A program made the position numbers and the translations under genes. Below the pieces are notes generated by a model. It ran no database searches and had not been told where the DNA came from. It saw only the letters and a program-made list of their open reading frames with translations. Below are positions 51,796 through 64,000 of a DNA stretch of 64,000 bases, piece after piece. Source of the DNA: Podarcis pityusensis (Eukaryota); NCBI GenBank assembly GCA_964106645.2, contig OZ067044.1. One strand, given 5' to 3'. How positions within the stretch are numbered: position 1 is the stretch's first letter; each line of letters begins with the position of its first letter.

Positions 51796-53304
51796 GTTTA
51801 GTGTTTCATCTGAACACAGCTAGTAAACTTCAGAAGCAAAGGAAAAACTTGTGGAATTAAATCTTCATAGGAGTCTTGCGCTATTGAATATTTTAATCAT
51901 TATGAAATGGCTTATATTCTAAAGACAATTTAGAACATATTCCTTAAAAAATTTAAACCTCAAGCATATATACATTTGACTTTTGAACAAAGGAGTTCTT
52001 TTTAAAAATCCTACTTGAAGAGCTGGATTTTTGTCAATTTGCTTTTAGGAATAGATATTCCAGAGAGACTTCTAGTCACTGTGAATTAATCTAAGTAAAC
52101 AGGGAACTGCATCTGCTATTTTGAGCAATGGTTATATTATTATCCATTTTTCACAAATTGAAAACTTTGAGAGACTTAAAATATGAAAAACTATTAGCTT
52201 AGTAAATATACTGTGAATCCATTTATTGCCTTTTCAATCAAGGCCCAACAATACTTTTACTTCATGGAATATATTTGTGTCTGCTGGTTTGAAAGCAGAC
52301 TCTTAAAGCTATTTCTAATAAATTTCCAGAATTAGGATTTTTAAACAGTGCAATCCTAAACTTAACTGCTACTGTATTTATACTGGCCTGATTTTCATGG
52401 CACAATTATCTAAACTATGGCTTATTGGGACCATGCAAAAGTGCTGGCTTCTGGAGAGGAGCTCAAAGAGGCTTTGTTCCTCTGCAGTACTTTTTGTTTT
52501 GTGTTATTCATGCACATGCTGAGCCAAACCAAAGTTTGTGGTTAAGCTCTCACCTGGCCCACCATGAGTCTGGCTTACCACATTGAGTGAATACACGCCA
52601 CTGTGCATTAATTTTTTATTGTTCTTTTATCTTGTTTGAATTGGTTTTTATTGTTGGTGTTTCAATCAGTATCTTGTAAACTACCTTGGGATCCTGAGTG
52701 CATGAAGGGTGGTTTAGAAGCTGATCACCAGGAAGAGGAGAAGGGGCTGGTGGATGCTGCAGTGATCAACATCCCCCTTCTCTGCTTCTACCCTTAGCCC
52801 AGATCCTTGAGGACTGGCATCTTTTTCTGGAGGACGGCACCTCCAGAAAGGGCTGGTGGGGGGAAAAGAGGGAGCCCGTTCCTTGCCCGAAACCCTGGTG
52901 AGCTGCTGCTGGTCCACTGCCAGTTCACTTTCATGCCTACGGATAGGTAAGGCAACTTGTCAATTTAAATTTCACTCAGTTTCCCAATCTTATTTTCAGT
53001 TCTCTGTATTTCCACATCAGTGTGAGATTTTTCTTTTTAAGTCCTCATGAAAATTAGCCAGCATTTTAGCACAAAGTTCTCCTAACATACACATTTTTGC
53101 AAGGCAATCTTCCTTAAAAAATAATTCAGGCCATGAGTTGAGAAGCATCGAGCGTGTTCTTTTAAAAACCATGTTTTAACCTTTTTTTGGTGCATATTAT
53201 TATCTACATCAGAGTCACTCAACATGGTAAATTAAAGCCCAAACTATGAAAGCAAAACTAAAGTATATCCCATCTACTGGAATTCGCTCCTCTAACCATA
53301 ACCT

Positions 53305-53420
53305 TCTATGGGTGCTTTGCAGATGTTTGGTCATCACCCCCATCATCCCTGACCATTGAACAAATTGGCTGGAGGTGATGGATGTTGTAGTCCAACAACA
53401 TCTGCATAGCACTACATTTT
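53305..53420. mobile_element. Degenerate copy of the same short hAT-type MITE
   Basis: GCTTTGCAGATGTTTGG..CATCATCCCTGACC..GATGGATGTTGTAGTCCAACAACATCTGCATAGC, internally palindromic. Confidence 0.55.
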
Positions 53421-54971
53421 GCCCTTAACAAAGAATAGACTTTTAGTTATTCATCACTGTATATCATCACTTTTGTGAACCTGGATTGGAATTTAATTAA
53501 TTTTTGTGGTTATCTTTTCTCTTGTAGACAAAACATACAAAAACTGAATGACCCATTCTCTTTATTTTCAACTCTGAAACTTTAGTCCTTTTCAGGAAAC
53601 ATCTGCACAGAAGGGGCCTCAGTTTCCATTCTGGCAAGGTAACATTAAACTGGAATTTCCTCTAGGAAAAAAATATATGTGAAATGGGGGCAAAGGAAAG
53701 CCAAGCCCTCAAAGATCATACAGTCATGTGCTGTCTGCAAAAAGGTACGTGAAGCCAAAGTGCAATCACTGCAGGCCACAAAACTGTGAGACCAAACATT
53801 GGTGGGTGAGCACCCATCCTCCACACTCCTCATAATTAATGCTTTGGATTTGGCTTACTGCATTAGAGATGTCTGGAAGGTGGTGTCCTTAAGGCCTAAA
53901 TATTTATTGACTATGCTTTATGTTTTAGTTAGGTTTTTGCTAATGTGTTTGTAATGTTGCATTTTTAAACAGTGTGCTGCTCTGCTATATTTTTTTGAAA
54001 GTGTTGTCTACTAAAAAGAAAAGAAAAGTAGAAATTACCTCAATGGCTAGATATACAGTATCAATATGTTTATGCTCAACGGATTCATAATATGACACGA
54101 TGAAATTACTGAACCCGTGAATGAGAACTGACTCATTCTAATTTTAAGTTAACATTAACTTAAAAAAATGAAACAAGAGCACATGCTACCAAAAATGGTA
54201 CATTATGAATGAAGTTGGTGCTAAGATTCAGACATATCTGAACAGGATAATCTGTAAGAATTTCATTCTTTTGATAATTGCTTCACTTCTGAAAAGCAGA
54301 AGCCATCTCAGTAACTGAACAACATCTAATTTATCCTAGAAATTCTCAAGCTGTTTACTTATTTCATAGCCAGGGTGCCTTACAATGCCTATTGTATTAA
54401 GTATTTGCTCAAGTTATTTGGCTGCCTGCCTGCCTCTAATTCCAATTTGTAACTTGGAAACCAGTTTCAGCCTATGCTGACCTGTTGTATCCAGAACACA
54501 AATTACCCATCTACTGACCACCCGCAGAGCATTTTCTGCTGTTCATATTTAGCTAGGACAAGAGGCACATTTAAGACACATTTTGTGCACTTGTGTGTAT
54601 GAGATGCACACGCCACACACATAACTGATTGTTACCACACAGCTTAATTTACAGCATATAACATAGCAAGACAATGCATTTCACATCTCAAATGTTTGCA
54701 AACTTTTTTTTTTTTTTTTTTTGCAGAACACTATTATTATCCAGTTTGTAAAAGTGGCAACAATATTCCCCAACAAATAATTTTGCATTGCTTATCAATG
54801 ACTGATAACTTGATAGCATTTGTATAGGACTCAGTAGCAAGCCAGTACAAGTAGAAATAACTGTATTCTTTGCACAAACTGGTAAGAGCCTTAGCTCTGT
54901 GACACAGCACATCATTTGAATGCAAAAGGTCGTAAATTTCAATCTCTTCCATCTCTAGTATTGCAAAAGAC

Positions 54972-55058
54972 CAAGACCCTACTAACAGTCAGTGCAGACA
55001 ATACTGAGCAAGATGGACTAATGGGTTTGACGTCATATAAAAGAAATTTCAGGTGTTA
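54972..55058 (+). mobile_element. Ancient SINE (LF-SINE/CR1-tail-like) fragment
   Basis: CAGTCAGTGCAGACAATACTGAGCAAGATGGACTAATGG resembles the LF-SINE-type 3' region as I recall it. Confidence 0.5.
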
Positions 55059-55632
55059 GTTTCATAATTCAGTGACAACTCTGCCACTAATCAGAGAGTG
55101 TTGTGCTGCAATAATACCCCCATTACTCATGCTAGGAAGCCAAGTCACCAATCAGTGCATGGTATGGTAAAATTATTATCCCATTATTCCACTGTGTAGA
55201 CATACTATACATAAAACGTGCCCAGGGAGAGACTACACAGTCACATGGCACAGTGGAGATGAAGGAGGCAGAAAATGCATACATCTACAACATTCATTCT
55301 TCGCTCCAAGGGTAGTTTGAAGCCTATAGCATGCAACAGCTTTTTAATAACCACTGTTTCCATGGGCAAACAGACAGGATCCAAACAGACAGGATCCTGC
55401 TGCAAGGAAGGACTTGAGTCTTGCAAAAATCAACCAGCTCCATGTTCCAGTTGGTAAGATATTTACAACAGACTCTCATACCAATGCCATACTAGCCCAG
55501 GGCTTGCAAATACTGCCCTTTCACTTAGGACTTTATTCTCTTGACCTCATTTGCCAGCATATATTAATTTATAAATGAACCATAAGCTGCTATGTGGAAT
55601 ACAACACAGTCAATGCTAGGGAACACGTTCCA

Positions 55633-56088
55633 CTGACAAACTGGAACATGTCCAGAGGAGGGCAACCAAAATGGTCAAAGGCCTGGAAACGATGCCTTAT
55701 GAGGAACGGCTAAGGGAGCTGGGCATGTTTGGCCTGGAGAAGAGGAGGTTAAGGGGTGATATGATAGCCATGTTCAAATATATAAAAGGATGTCACATAG
55801 AGGAGGGAGAAAGGTTGTTTTCTGCTGCTCCAGAGAAGCGGACACGAAGCAATGGATCCAAACTACGAGAAAGAAGATTCCACCTAAACATTAGGAAGAA
55901 CTTCCTGACAGTAAGAGCTGTTTGACAGTGGAATTTGCTGCCAAGGAGTGTGGTGGAGTCTCCTTCTTTGGAGGTCTTTAAGCAGAGGCTTGACAACCAT
56001 ATGTCAGGAGTGCTCTGATGGTGTTTCCTGCTTGGCAGGGGGTTGGACTCGATGGCCCTTGTGGTCTCTTCCAACTCTATGATTCTAT
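55633..56088 (+). mobile_element. Young 5'-truncated CR1 LINE 3' end
   Basis: [50 protein letters not shown]; 3' UTR ending GGTTGGACTCGATGGCC..CCAACTCTATGATTCTAT. Confidence 0.95.
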
Positions 56089-57983
56089 TAATATGCTTAA
56101 CTGCACCAACCTCTATTGAGAGAAAGGCCTTCAAGCTCTTTATTCAGACAAAAGGTTTTGTCCTTCCCCAGACTGTGCATGGGGGAAAAGTATGTGTAGA
56201 GTTGTCACTGGGGCTGCCCAGTTATTCCCTGTATTCCCCCCTCTTCAGGCAAGATGTCTTTTGGGACTGAAATTTTAACAAGTAATAATGCTTTGTTGTA
56301 GTATCCCACTCTGAAAGTGGGGATGAAATTACGAGAGACAATCTCTTTGTCAACCAAATCCCCAAAGCAGAAAAGGTACCTAAATCTGGACTCTTGTGTT
56401 TGATATATTATGCCTATGTTTCTTTCCAACTTTTGCATTTTCAAACTCACGCTTCTTGCCCCAATATTGCTTCCAGGATCAAACAGCTGTATTAGCACCA
56501 AATAAGTATGTACATAAACAACTCACTCCCAACCACACATTTTTAAAATCAGCTTAGCTTTTTCCTGTCAGTGTTCATGGTTCTGCCATGCAATAATATT
56601 AACAGAGGTAGCCACAAGAATGCTTAGTGAAACATTCTTCATTTGTATAAGACAACAGGAGGTGGTGGTGGTGGGAAAGGAAAATAGAGCTTGTAACACT
56701 ACAACAAAGTACATCTGCACATGCACAACATAACCTAAAACAAATGATGTTTTTATTTAAATTAGAAATTATGTAAAAACTATAGTTCCAGCACTCAACT
56801 TAAAATACAGCAAAAGATAAGAGCTCAAATGAATAACCACTACAAAAAGCTCTGTACTCTTGAAAATGCTCACTTAGACTATTTTGGCTAGCAATCTTTA
56901 TTCCCACAAGCCCTTGGAAGAAGAGATTACAGTTGAAACACATTAGCAATTTTAAAACATTAGCATGTTAAAATAACATTTTGAATACCCACTAGCATTT
57001 AATTGCTTCTTCTTGATATTAGAGTGCTATCTTCTTGTTGTGTGAGTCATCTTAACTATTGTAGTTAAAATAACCAAATGTGACCACAACAAATAGACAC
57101 ACATGAAGTTTTTATAGAGGACAGTGATCGTACTTTATCCAACCCCCATCCTATCCCTGAAGATATCATTCCGTTCCTAGTAGTAAAAACTGTAAGTGCA
57201 TGTGTGATGGCCCTCAAAGTTGGTATGCAATTATGTTTCTATAAAAGGGAATACAGGGGGAAGAAAGTTCCCTGCCATCTACTGTTAGGTCTCAGCAAGA
57301 GTCCAGCAAAAGGTACTATGATTCATAGATCCAGAAGAAAGAAGCAGGTCCCAGAGAAGAGGAACAAGGATCAGAGGAGCTACATAGCTAAAGGCCAGAT
57401 CCAAGACACCAGTCAGGGAAAGGATCATGGAATGAATCAATGTACGCACCCCTGAGAGATATTAGTGATTTGGATTAAGAAGTAAGCTCAAAGAGGGCTT
57501 CAGTGAGCTTGGTGGATGGGAATGGAGTCAGCAGAATGACTGTTAAGGCAGGCTTGAACTACAGCCAGGATGGTGCTCCCAAACCATGGAATTTAGTCAG
57601 TGGGCTTACTGGGCAAACAGCAAGCTGGTACCACAAGAGGTAAGGTGCAGCAACCGGAAGGCTGGAAGTTGGAGTCTGAAACACACACCCTCACCCAGAT
57701 GGCCTTCCCACCTTCTTTAGTTCAAGGACCTCTGGGAAATGTGGGCAAAACTGATGGTACCGGACAGAAAGTCAGTGAGATGTCATTTAAATCAGGTAAA
57801 CCAGGAACTTTGGGTCCAACTCTGCCACATGTTACTGTTTTAGCTCTCAGGAAGGAGCTTTTTGTGTTGTGGTGGTTGTTTGAAGTAGCTTTTGGGGCAC
57901 TGAATGGACCTGGTAAACTTAAGAATCGTGAAATGTGTAAGGGACCAAAAGTTGACAATACCCATTATGAGCATACCTTAATT

Positions 57984-58203
57984 TAAGGGCGGGGAACCCT
58001 TTTCAGCCTAAGGGCCTCATTTTCTGGGAGTCACTGGCTACTGGCGGCTAGGGCCGGATGTAATAGGTGGGTAGAGCAAGGGGCTATAGAGCACATTCCA
58101 GCCCTGGTAAAAGCACCACAGAAGGGCGTAGAGCAAAGGCAGTGAGAGATGTGGCCAGAGGAGTAGGTTGGATGGCCTGGGTGATTGGGGTTCCCCATCC
58201 CTG
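57984..58203. mobile_element. hAT (Charlie-like) MITE
   Basis: Ends TAAGGGCGGGGAACC / GGTTCCCCATCCCTG; perfect 8-bp TSD ccttaatt at 57976-57983 and 58204-58211. Confidence 0.8.
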
Positions 58204-59775
58204 CCTTAATTTAACTGGGCTGCAGAACGCTAGAATGAGATTAGGAACATGAAAAAGATGGTTGATTTAGAGTCAGCTGAAATAACAGTGCAGGATTCTT
58301 TGACTTCTAATATGCCATAAGCATATAAAATTTACAGCCAAAATGCAGAAGCATTTCTCATGCTCATGCTGCGACACCATAAAATAAATTTCACCCAAGT
58401 AACATGATTTTAGATGAAAGAAAATAGGAACTGTGTAATTATATACATTTACCTTGACAAATAGAAAGCAATCTGTGATTAGAGCATAGCAATTAGGTAC
58501 AAAATGCTTCCAATGGATTTAATTACCCATCAGTCTACAAGTTTCTTAATTACTTCTATCTCACTGCATCAGTTAAAAAAAAATTTTTTTTTTGCCTGAG
58601 GCAGCTAGTCACTTATTTACCAAGCTTGAAGATTTTGAATATGAATAAATTACTTTACTAAAGCAAAAATATTTGGGTTATGGATAAATTGTTTTTCTAA
58701 AGCCTGTCCTTATTCAGCCTTTTGTAGGATGAAGGCATACATTATTGTTGCTTCTAGAATGGCTCTTTCGCCAGCAAAACGCAAATAGTATCCAGTTATC
58801 TATTTTTGTTTTTTAAAAAACTGTCTCAAGCAAGTTCCAATGGTTATTTTTGAAAAAACAAAGAGTCACATGGCCTTTTAAAGATTTACATGTTTATTAA
58901 GGCATGAACTCTTGTGGGTGAAATCTTACCTATACTACTAATAGGAATTGGCTCTTGCCCAGAAATGTAATATAATGATTTGTTTTAGTATTTAAGATAC
59001 CAAAAGATTCTGGACTCCATCAGAAAGTTCACTGTACTATTCTGAAACATTTCTAGTTTCCCAGAGATGCTTTCTCACTACCACATCAGAAGAGAAATTC
59101 ACACTCTGCGGGAAGCCTAAGGTACCACTGCCCCACTCCTCAAAAGACACCTCCAAAAAAGGGGGGGGAGACACCTCCCAATTGGACAGATATCAAAAGC
59201 CTGATTTTCCACTTAGCTTGCATGAGTTAAAAATCAATGAGGAAAGTAATCTTAATGTAGAAGACTCTCAGGTCATCTACATTATTAATAGGCAATGCAA
59301 CTGAAAAATGTTTTTGTTCACCTGTCTCCATTGCATTTCCAAATGATTTTGAAATGAAAGGTGCTGAAGCATGAAGATTGCAGGCACTCGTTGCCTTCTG
59401 AAATCACAGTGCAGGGAATTGGTGGAATTCCTGCCTCCTTTGGCACAGTGAACTTTCCTTGAAAGCAGACTACAAATTCACAGGGGTCCCTTGCCTTCAA
59501 TCAAGAAAATGCTTAAAATGACCCCCATCTGCCACTTTAATGTATTCTGCCCAAAGACTTCCATAAATATTTAATGCAAGAAAGGGACTGTTTAAACACA
59601 ATGAATAGCTTGTGAAATTAAAGTTGGCTGATGGATTACACCACGTAATGCACTGTAAACAGTGTTGGAGAAAGCATAGGACAGACAGACACACATGCCA
59701 TCTCTTCAGTTAGAAGGGTCGGAAACCTACTCAAACTACTGTAAGGTTACTTTAATGCTTCTGTATTACAGAGAC

Positions 59776-59956
59776 AATGACTTGGATCCAAAACCAATTG
59801 CCTCCCATGTGCAAATAAAAGGCATTTCCTCCTTCTACTCCCATTTCCTCAGCTGTAACTGCTCATGTTTCCTGAAGAAGAGCTCTGGAAGGTCCCCCAA
59901 ACCTTCAAGAAGGGTTAGGAGGAAGAACCATAGTGCTCATTTGGATCTGAGCCATT
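59776..59956. mobile_element. Old palindromic MITE
   Basis: Imperfect terminal inverted repeats AATGACTTGGATCCAAA / TTTGGATCTGAGCCATT. Confidence 0.45.
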
Positions 59957-61495
59957 GGCTAATATTGTTTTCAATGTTGGAAAAGCTTTCTGTTCTTCTT
60001 GCACTCGTGAACATATAATACAGGCTCGTGTTGCATGAAAAACCATTTATTAAATTATTTAAATTTTGTTACTATCTTATTAATCAAGCTAGCAAATTGA
60101 TGAAGTTAACAACAGTGAAATGAACGACAGTTTTTGGACAAAGTACAACCAGTGTAACATGCCAACATCTGACAGAAAAAGAAGTCTGCTGGGTTTTATT
60201 CAAGACAGACCAAGTAGATCCAAATGAGTGAGCCACCTGTACAGAATATACAAGATTTTTGCTTATTTTTCTTTTAAAAAAAAGTTTTCCTAAACGCAGG
60301 AAGGATCTTCATTTTTAGGTTTATACTGTTGCATGTTTATTGTCACAAACATTGCACTCCCAAATTAATAGCTTGCTCAACATTTCAGAATTCTATACAG
60401 TGTAACAAATGTGGATTGTTAATTGTGTATCATGCTACAGAAACAGGTACAGTTAGTAGGCAAGTGCCAGTGCCAGGTACAAATACTTTAGACATTGGTA
60501 CCAGTATGAGAATAAGAAAACAGAAACAGTAATTTCCTGACAATATTGTAAGAAAAACACACATTTCAAATGTTTGTTTCACTTGGTGTTCCTGGAAACC
60601 TTCCCTAAATTTTCCCAGAATTCATGGTTTGAATTGAGGAAAGTTTGTATGTAAGCAAACAAAAACATCCAAGGACAGGACATAAACACACATGAAGAGG
60701 AAACACACATGCACACAAATCACATGCAACACAACGGAGAGCCATATTGTTTCATTCATGCCTAGTTTATTTTTTTATATTTGAAAAAAAGAACCATGCA
60801 CTGTGCACATTTTGGATGGAGTAGCCCTCCTGACTGAGCAGGTTTACAGACTGGTCATGCTTCTTAATCCATCTTTGTTGCAGGTTACTTTTGTGACACA
60901 GAGCATCTCATACTATCTTCAGCTGGTCTGCCAGCTGTGACAGATATAGTCCGAGTTCAGCTGTCCTCCTGTACCAGGAGTCATGGGACAAAACCAGTAG
61001 CCAGGACCAAGAGGAAAAACAGGAGGCAGGATTGAAGTGCAAGTCTGAAATCAGGATGGAAGAGCAAATCAGAGTAGGAGTAAACCAAAAATACCAGTAC
61101 TGCTCATGAGTACCAGTCACTGGCCATGTCCTCCTTATTCAAACTTCTGCTTCTTCTTTCACATGCTTGCCTTTCTTCTTTCTTCTGTATATCATGGGTC
61201 AAATGACTGTCACTCCCCGAAAGCCCCTCTCTTCAAACCTTCCCTTGGCCAGTCTCCTTCCTTCCCTGTTGTCTTCTGTCATGGGCCCTAGTCTACATGG
61301 CAGAATGTCTGGTTGATCCTTTGGACATCTTTGCTAGCCTCAACTTGGTCACTCTTGAGTCAGCCCTAAGTGGGTGTACCCCTCCCAACCACAACAAAGG
61401 TTTCAGTTTCCAGCATTCCAACAAGGATTTATAAGTGACAGGGAAGAACAAACAATGCAGATTGCTGATTAAATTTATCTGGTTAGTATGAAGTA

Positions 61496-61687
61496 TGGGA
61501 AGGTAAATGGCATTTCTGTGTGCTGCTCTGGTTCGCCAGAAGCAGCTTAGTCATGCTGGCCACATGACGCAGAAGCTGTCTGCGGACAAACAGTGGCTCC
61601 CTTGGCCAGTGAAGTGAGATGAGCGCCACAACCCCAGAGTCGTCCGCAACTGGACTTAACGGTCAGGGGTCCCTTTACCTTTACCTT
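61496..61687 (+). mobile_element. 5'-truncated Sauria SINE
   Basis: Homologous to the 3' half of 6526-6887, with an (ACCTTT)n tail; 9-bp TSD tatgaagta at 61487-61495 and 61688-61696. Confidence 0.9.
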
Positions 61688-63403
61688 TATGAAGTACGTG
61701 GGGCAGTACATATTGCTTTATGGCATACTGCAGAAGATATTAAGACATATCCTGAATTTTACACAGCCAGAGCCTGGTCTTGCTAGACTTTCATCTCTCC
61801 CTCTGCACATGACCATCAACAACTTAAGTGTCCTGTGGAAAGGATTCTGAGAGAGGGAGAAAGAGAGAATTGGGGGGGGGGGGGGTAAGCGAAGACCATC
61901 TCAGAGTCTTCTCCAGCAGGATCCATCTCCAATCAACTGCCCTATGGGAAGGATGTTTATATTATTCACTCTTTTTTTAAAAAGGAGTTTAATATTACTT
62001 ATATGCCGTTTTGGCATGGTTTTGATGCCGAAGAGTGGATATATAAATAGTTTAAGTAAACATAAAGAAATAAATACATCCTTTGGGCTTCCCCATACAA
62101 GCCTGAAAATGTTCAATAGCTAAAATGTAGCCATTCCTTTCCTCTTCTTCTAGTTTCTCATTACATTTTTCTTATCTTATTCAAGATGAAACCGATCCTA
62201 ATTCTTCAGTTCTCTGAGGTTGTCAGTCTGGAGCCATCACCCATTTATCTAACATCAACACTGGTCATGTGGGGAAAAGGTCGTCCTGGACACCACCTTC
62301 TTTCCTGGGTTCGATGCCATTCAGATACAAGATACTACACTTTACTATTTTCCATAGATAACTGAAATGTTCTTAATATAGTAGTATGTCTTGAAAGCAG
62401 GGAAGAATGTCGTTTTGTTTAACAATATAAACAAAAGACAAGCACAGTATACCATTTGCTGTAAGCAACTCTCTTGTCCAAAATCATCAACTTTTTGAGA
62501 AGTATTTCTATGAAATACCTTCAAGTAGAAACACCTGGAAAAGATGAAAGGCTGTACCAGTGAAGAGGGTAATGTCTTTTTACAAGGCTTTGAGATCAAA
62601 GGGAAAAGTTCCCTGTATACCAAGACAAAACTAGTTTGTTTTTTTTAAAAAAAATAGTTTTCATTGTAAACCCAAGCAGTCACATCCTTTGGTAAATAAG
62701 AACTGGTGAACTAAGACTGCAAGATGCAGTTGCTTTAAGCATATACCCAAGGCTCTTACACACACATCACCTTGAAGAGACGTTTCAGGAATTTTATCTC
62801 ATTCTCAGAAAAACCACTGTATACACATATACAAACACACACAGTACGATGTAAAAACCACTCACCTTATACCACAGACAATGGTTATAAATCAGACATT
62901 GTGGCAGGCAACACTGCAAGAAAAATCTGACAAATACAAAGCTAAGAAATATTTTTCAACTTCAAAAGAAATGCTCTATAATGAAGTGGGGGGGTTTTTA
63001 CGTTCATTTTTTGGTCTTTTGGTCAGTTGCTTCATTAAAAAAAACCTTTTAAAAAGCAGCCAGGCTGCAAACTATTTATTCTTAAGTAATCTCACTGAGG
63101 TTCCACTTCGGAGTCCAAGAAGGGTGCCAAATGAGAGCTATTACAAAATGGGATATTAAGTGGTCTTCAAATTTAAGTGGTCTTCAAATTTAAGAACTAC
63201 TGTCATAATTCCTATGAGCTAGGCTAATCTGTTTCCATTTTTGTGTGGACAATAACAACATCAAGCATTTATATAGCACTTTCCCTAAGGACTCAAATAA
63301 ACATTCATCCGTTGTCAGTAATCCCACCACCAGCCTTGTAAGGCAGGCCATTATTATTATGCCTCTAATACATATGGGGGCTGAAGCTCCTGATGGTCTT
63401 ACC

Positions 63404-63671
63404 CAGGGGTCAGCAACCTAAGGCCCATGAGCTGGAAGTGGCCCACGGAGGTCGTTTGACCAGCCCCCGAGCTGCCTCCGAACTGAGCTGCCCGCTTGCG
63501 TGCTGTGTTAAATAGGCCCAGCACGGAGCGGGGACTTGCTCCCGTGGTGCCGGAAATTGCGTCTGCGCAGACACAGACGCCAAAAATTGCAGGCGTGTGT
63601 GCAATCCGGCCCACAGAAAGATCTCCGTGGGACCGATCCAGCCCAGGTCAGATAAACCTTGGTGACCCCTG
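63404..63671. mobile_element. hAT (Charlie-like) MITE
   Basis: TIRs CAGGGGTCAGCAA / TTGGTGACCCCTG; perfect 8-bp TSD gtcttacc at 63396-63403 and 63672-63679; CpG-rich. Confidence 0.9.
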
Positions 63672-63704
63672 GTCTTACCTATTGAAACCACACCATAATA
63701 CTTC

Positions 63705-64000
63705 AGTTTCCTGATTCAGTTCCCTCACTGTGAGAAGCGAAGTTACAGGGAACCAAGCAGAGGACCTTCTTGGTTGTGGTGCCCGCCCTGTGGAATGCCC
63801 TCCCATCAGAAGTCAAAGAAATAAATATCAGACGTTTAGAAGACATCTGAAGGCAGCCTTGTTTAGGGAAGTTTTAATGACTGATGTTTTAATGCATTTT
63901 TAATCTTTTGTTGGAAGCCACCCACAGTGGCTGGTGAAACCCAACCAGATGGGCAGGATATAAATAATAAATAAATTATTATTATTATTATTATTATTAT
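63705..64000 (+). mobile_element. L2 LINE 3' end with (ATT)n tail
   Basis: RTFLVVVPALWNALPSEVK..FRRHLKAALFRE ORF end, 3' UTR and AATAAAT(TAT)n tail running to the window edge. Confidence 0.85.

Noticed and set aside
63156-63194. Small perfect tandem duplications (also near 55367-55397, 43482-43528 and 39962-39997)
   Set aside because: Ordinary slippage duplications of 15-18 bp with no sign of function.
42178-64000. Search for the upstream CDKAL1 exon (CxxxCxxC motif)
   Set aside because: Not found by eye; the candidate donor-like site near 62770 does not translate to CDKAL1. The exon probably lies beyond the window.

Overview
Vertebrate genomic DNA, almost certainly a squamate and probably a lacertid lizard (inferred from Sauria/POM-type, Squam2- and Squam3-type SINEs plus Bov-B and CR1 LINEs). 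The whole 64 kb appears to lie inside the minus-strand gene CDKAL1 (tRNA-Lys(UUU) t6A37 methylthiotransferase, radical SAM MTTase family). Four consecutive coding exons are present: 42011-42177, 33754-33899, 19966-20146 and 17355-17417 (167, 146, 181 and 63 bp). All have GT-AG boundaries and splice into one open frame; the 146-bp exon is missing from the ORF track. The remainder is intron containing many transposable elements (Bov-B, CR1, L1 and L2 LINE fragments; tRNA-derived SINEs; hAT, Tc1/mariner-pogo and Harbinger-like MITEs), microsatellites and some stretches that may be enhancers. I found no convincing novel multi-gene system. The most noteworthy items are a perfect 24-bp intronic hairpin, a target site used twice by the Bov-B machinery (triplicated TSD), a MITE nested in a MITE, a Thr-to-Ala change in the conserved GFPGET motif, an unclassified ~600-bp non-tRNA retroelement, and a palindromic SOX/AP-1/TCF motif cluster.
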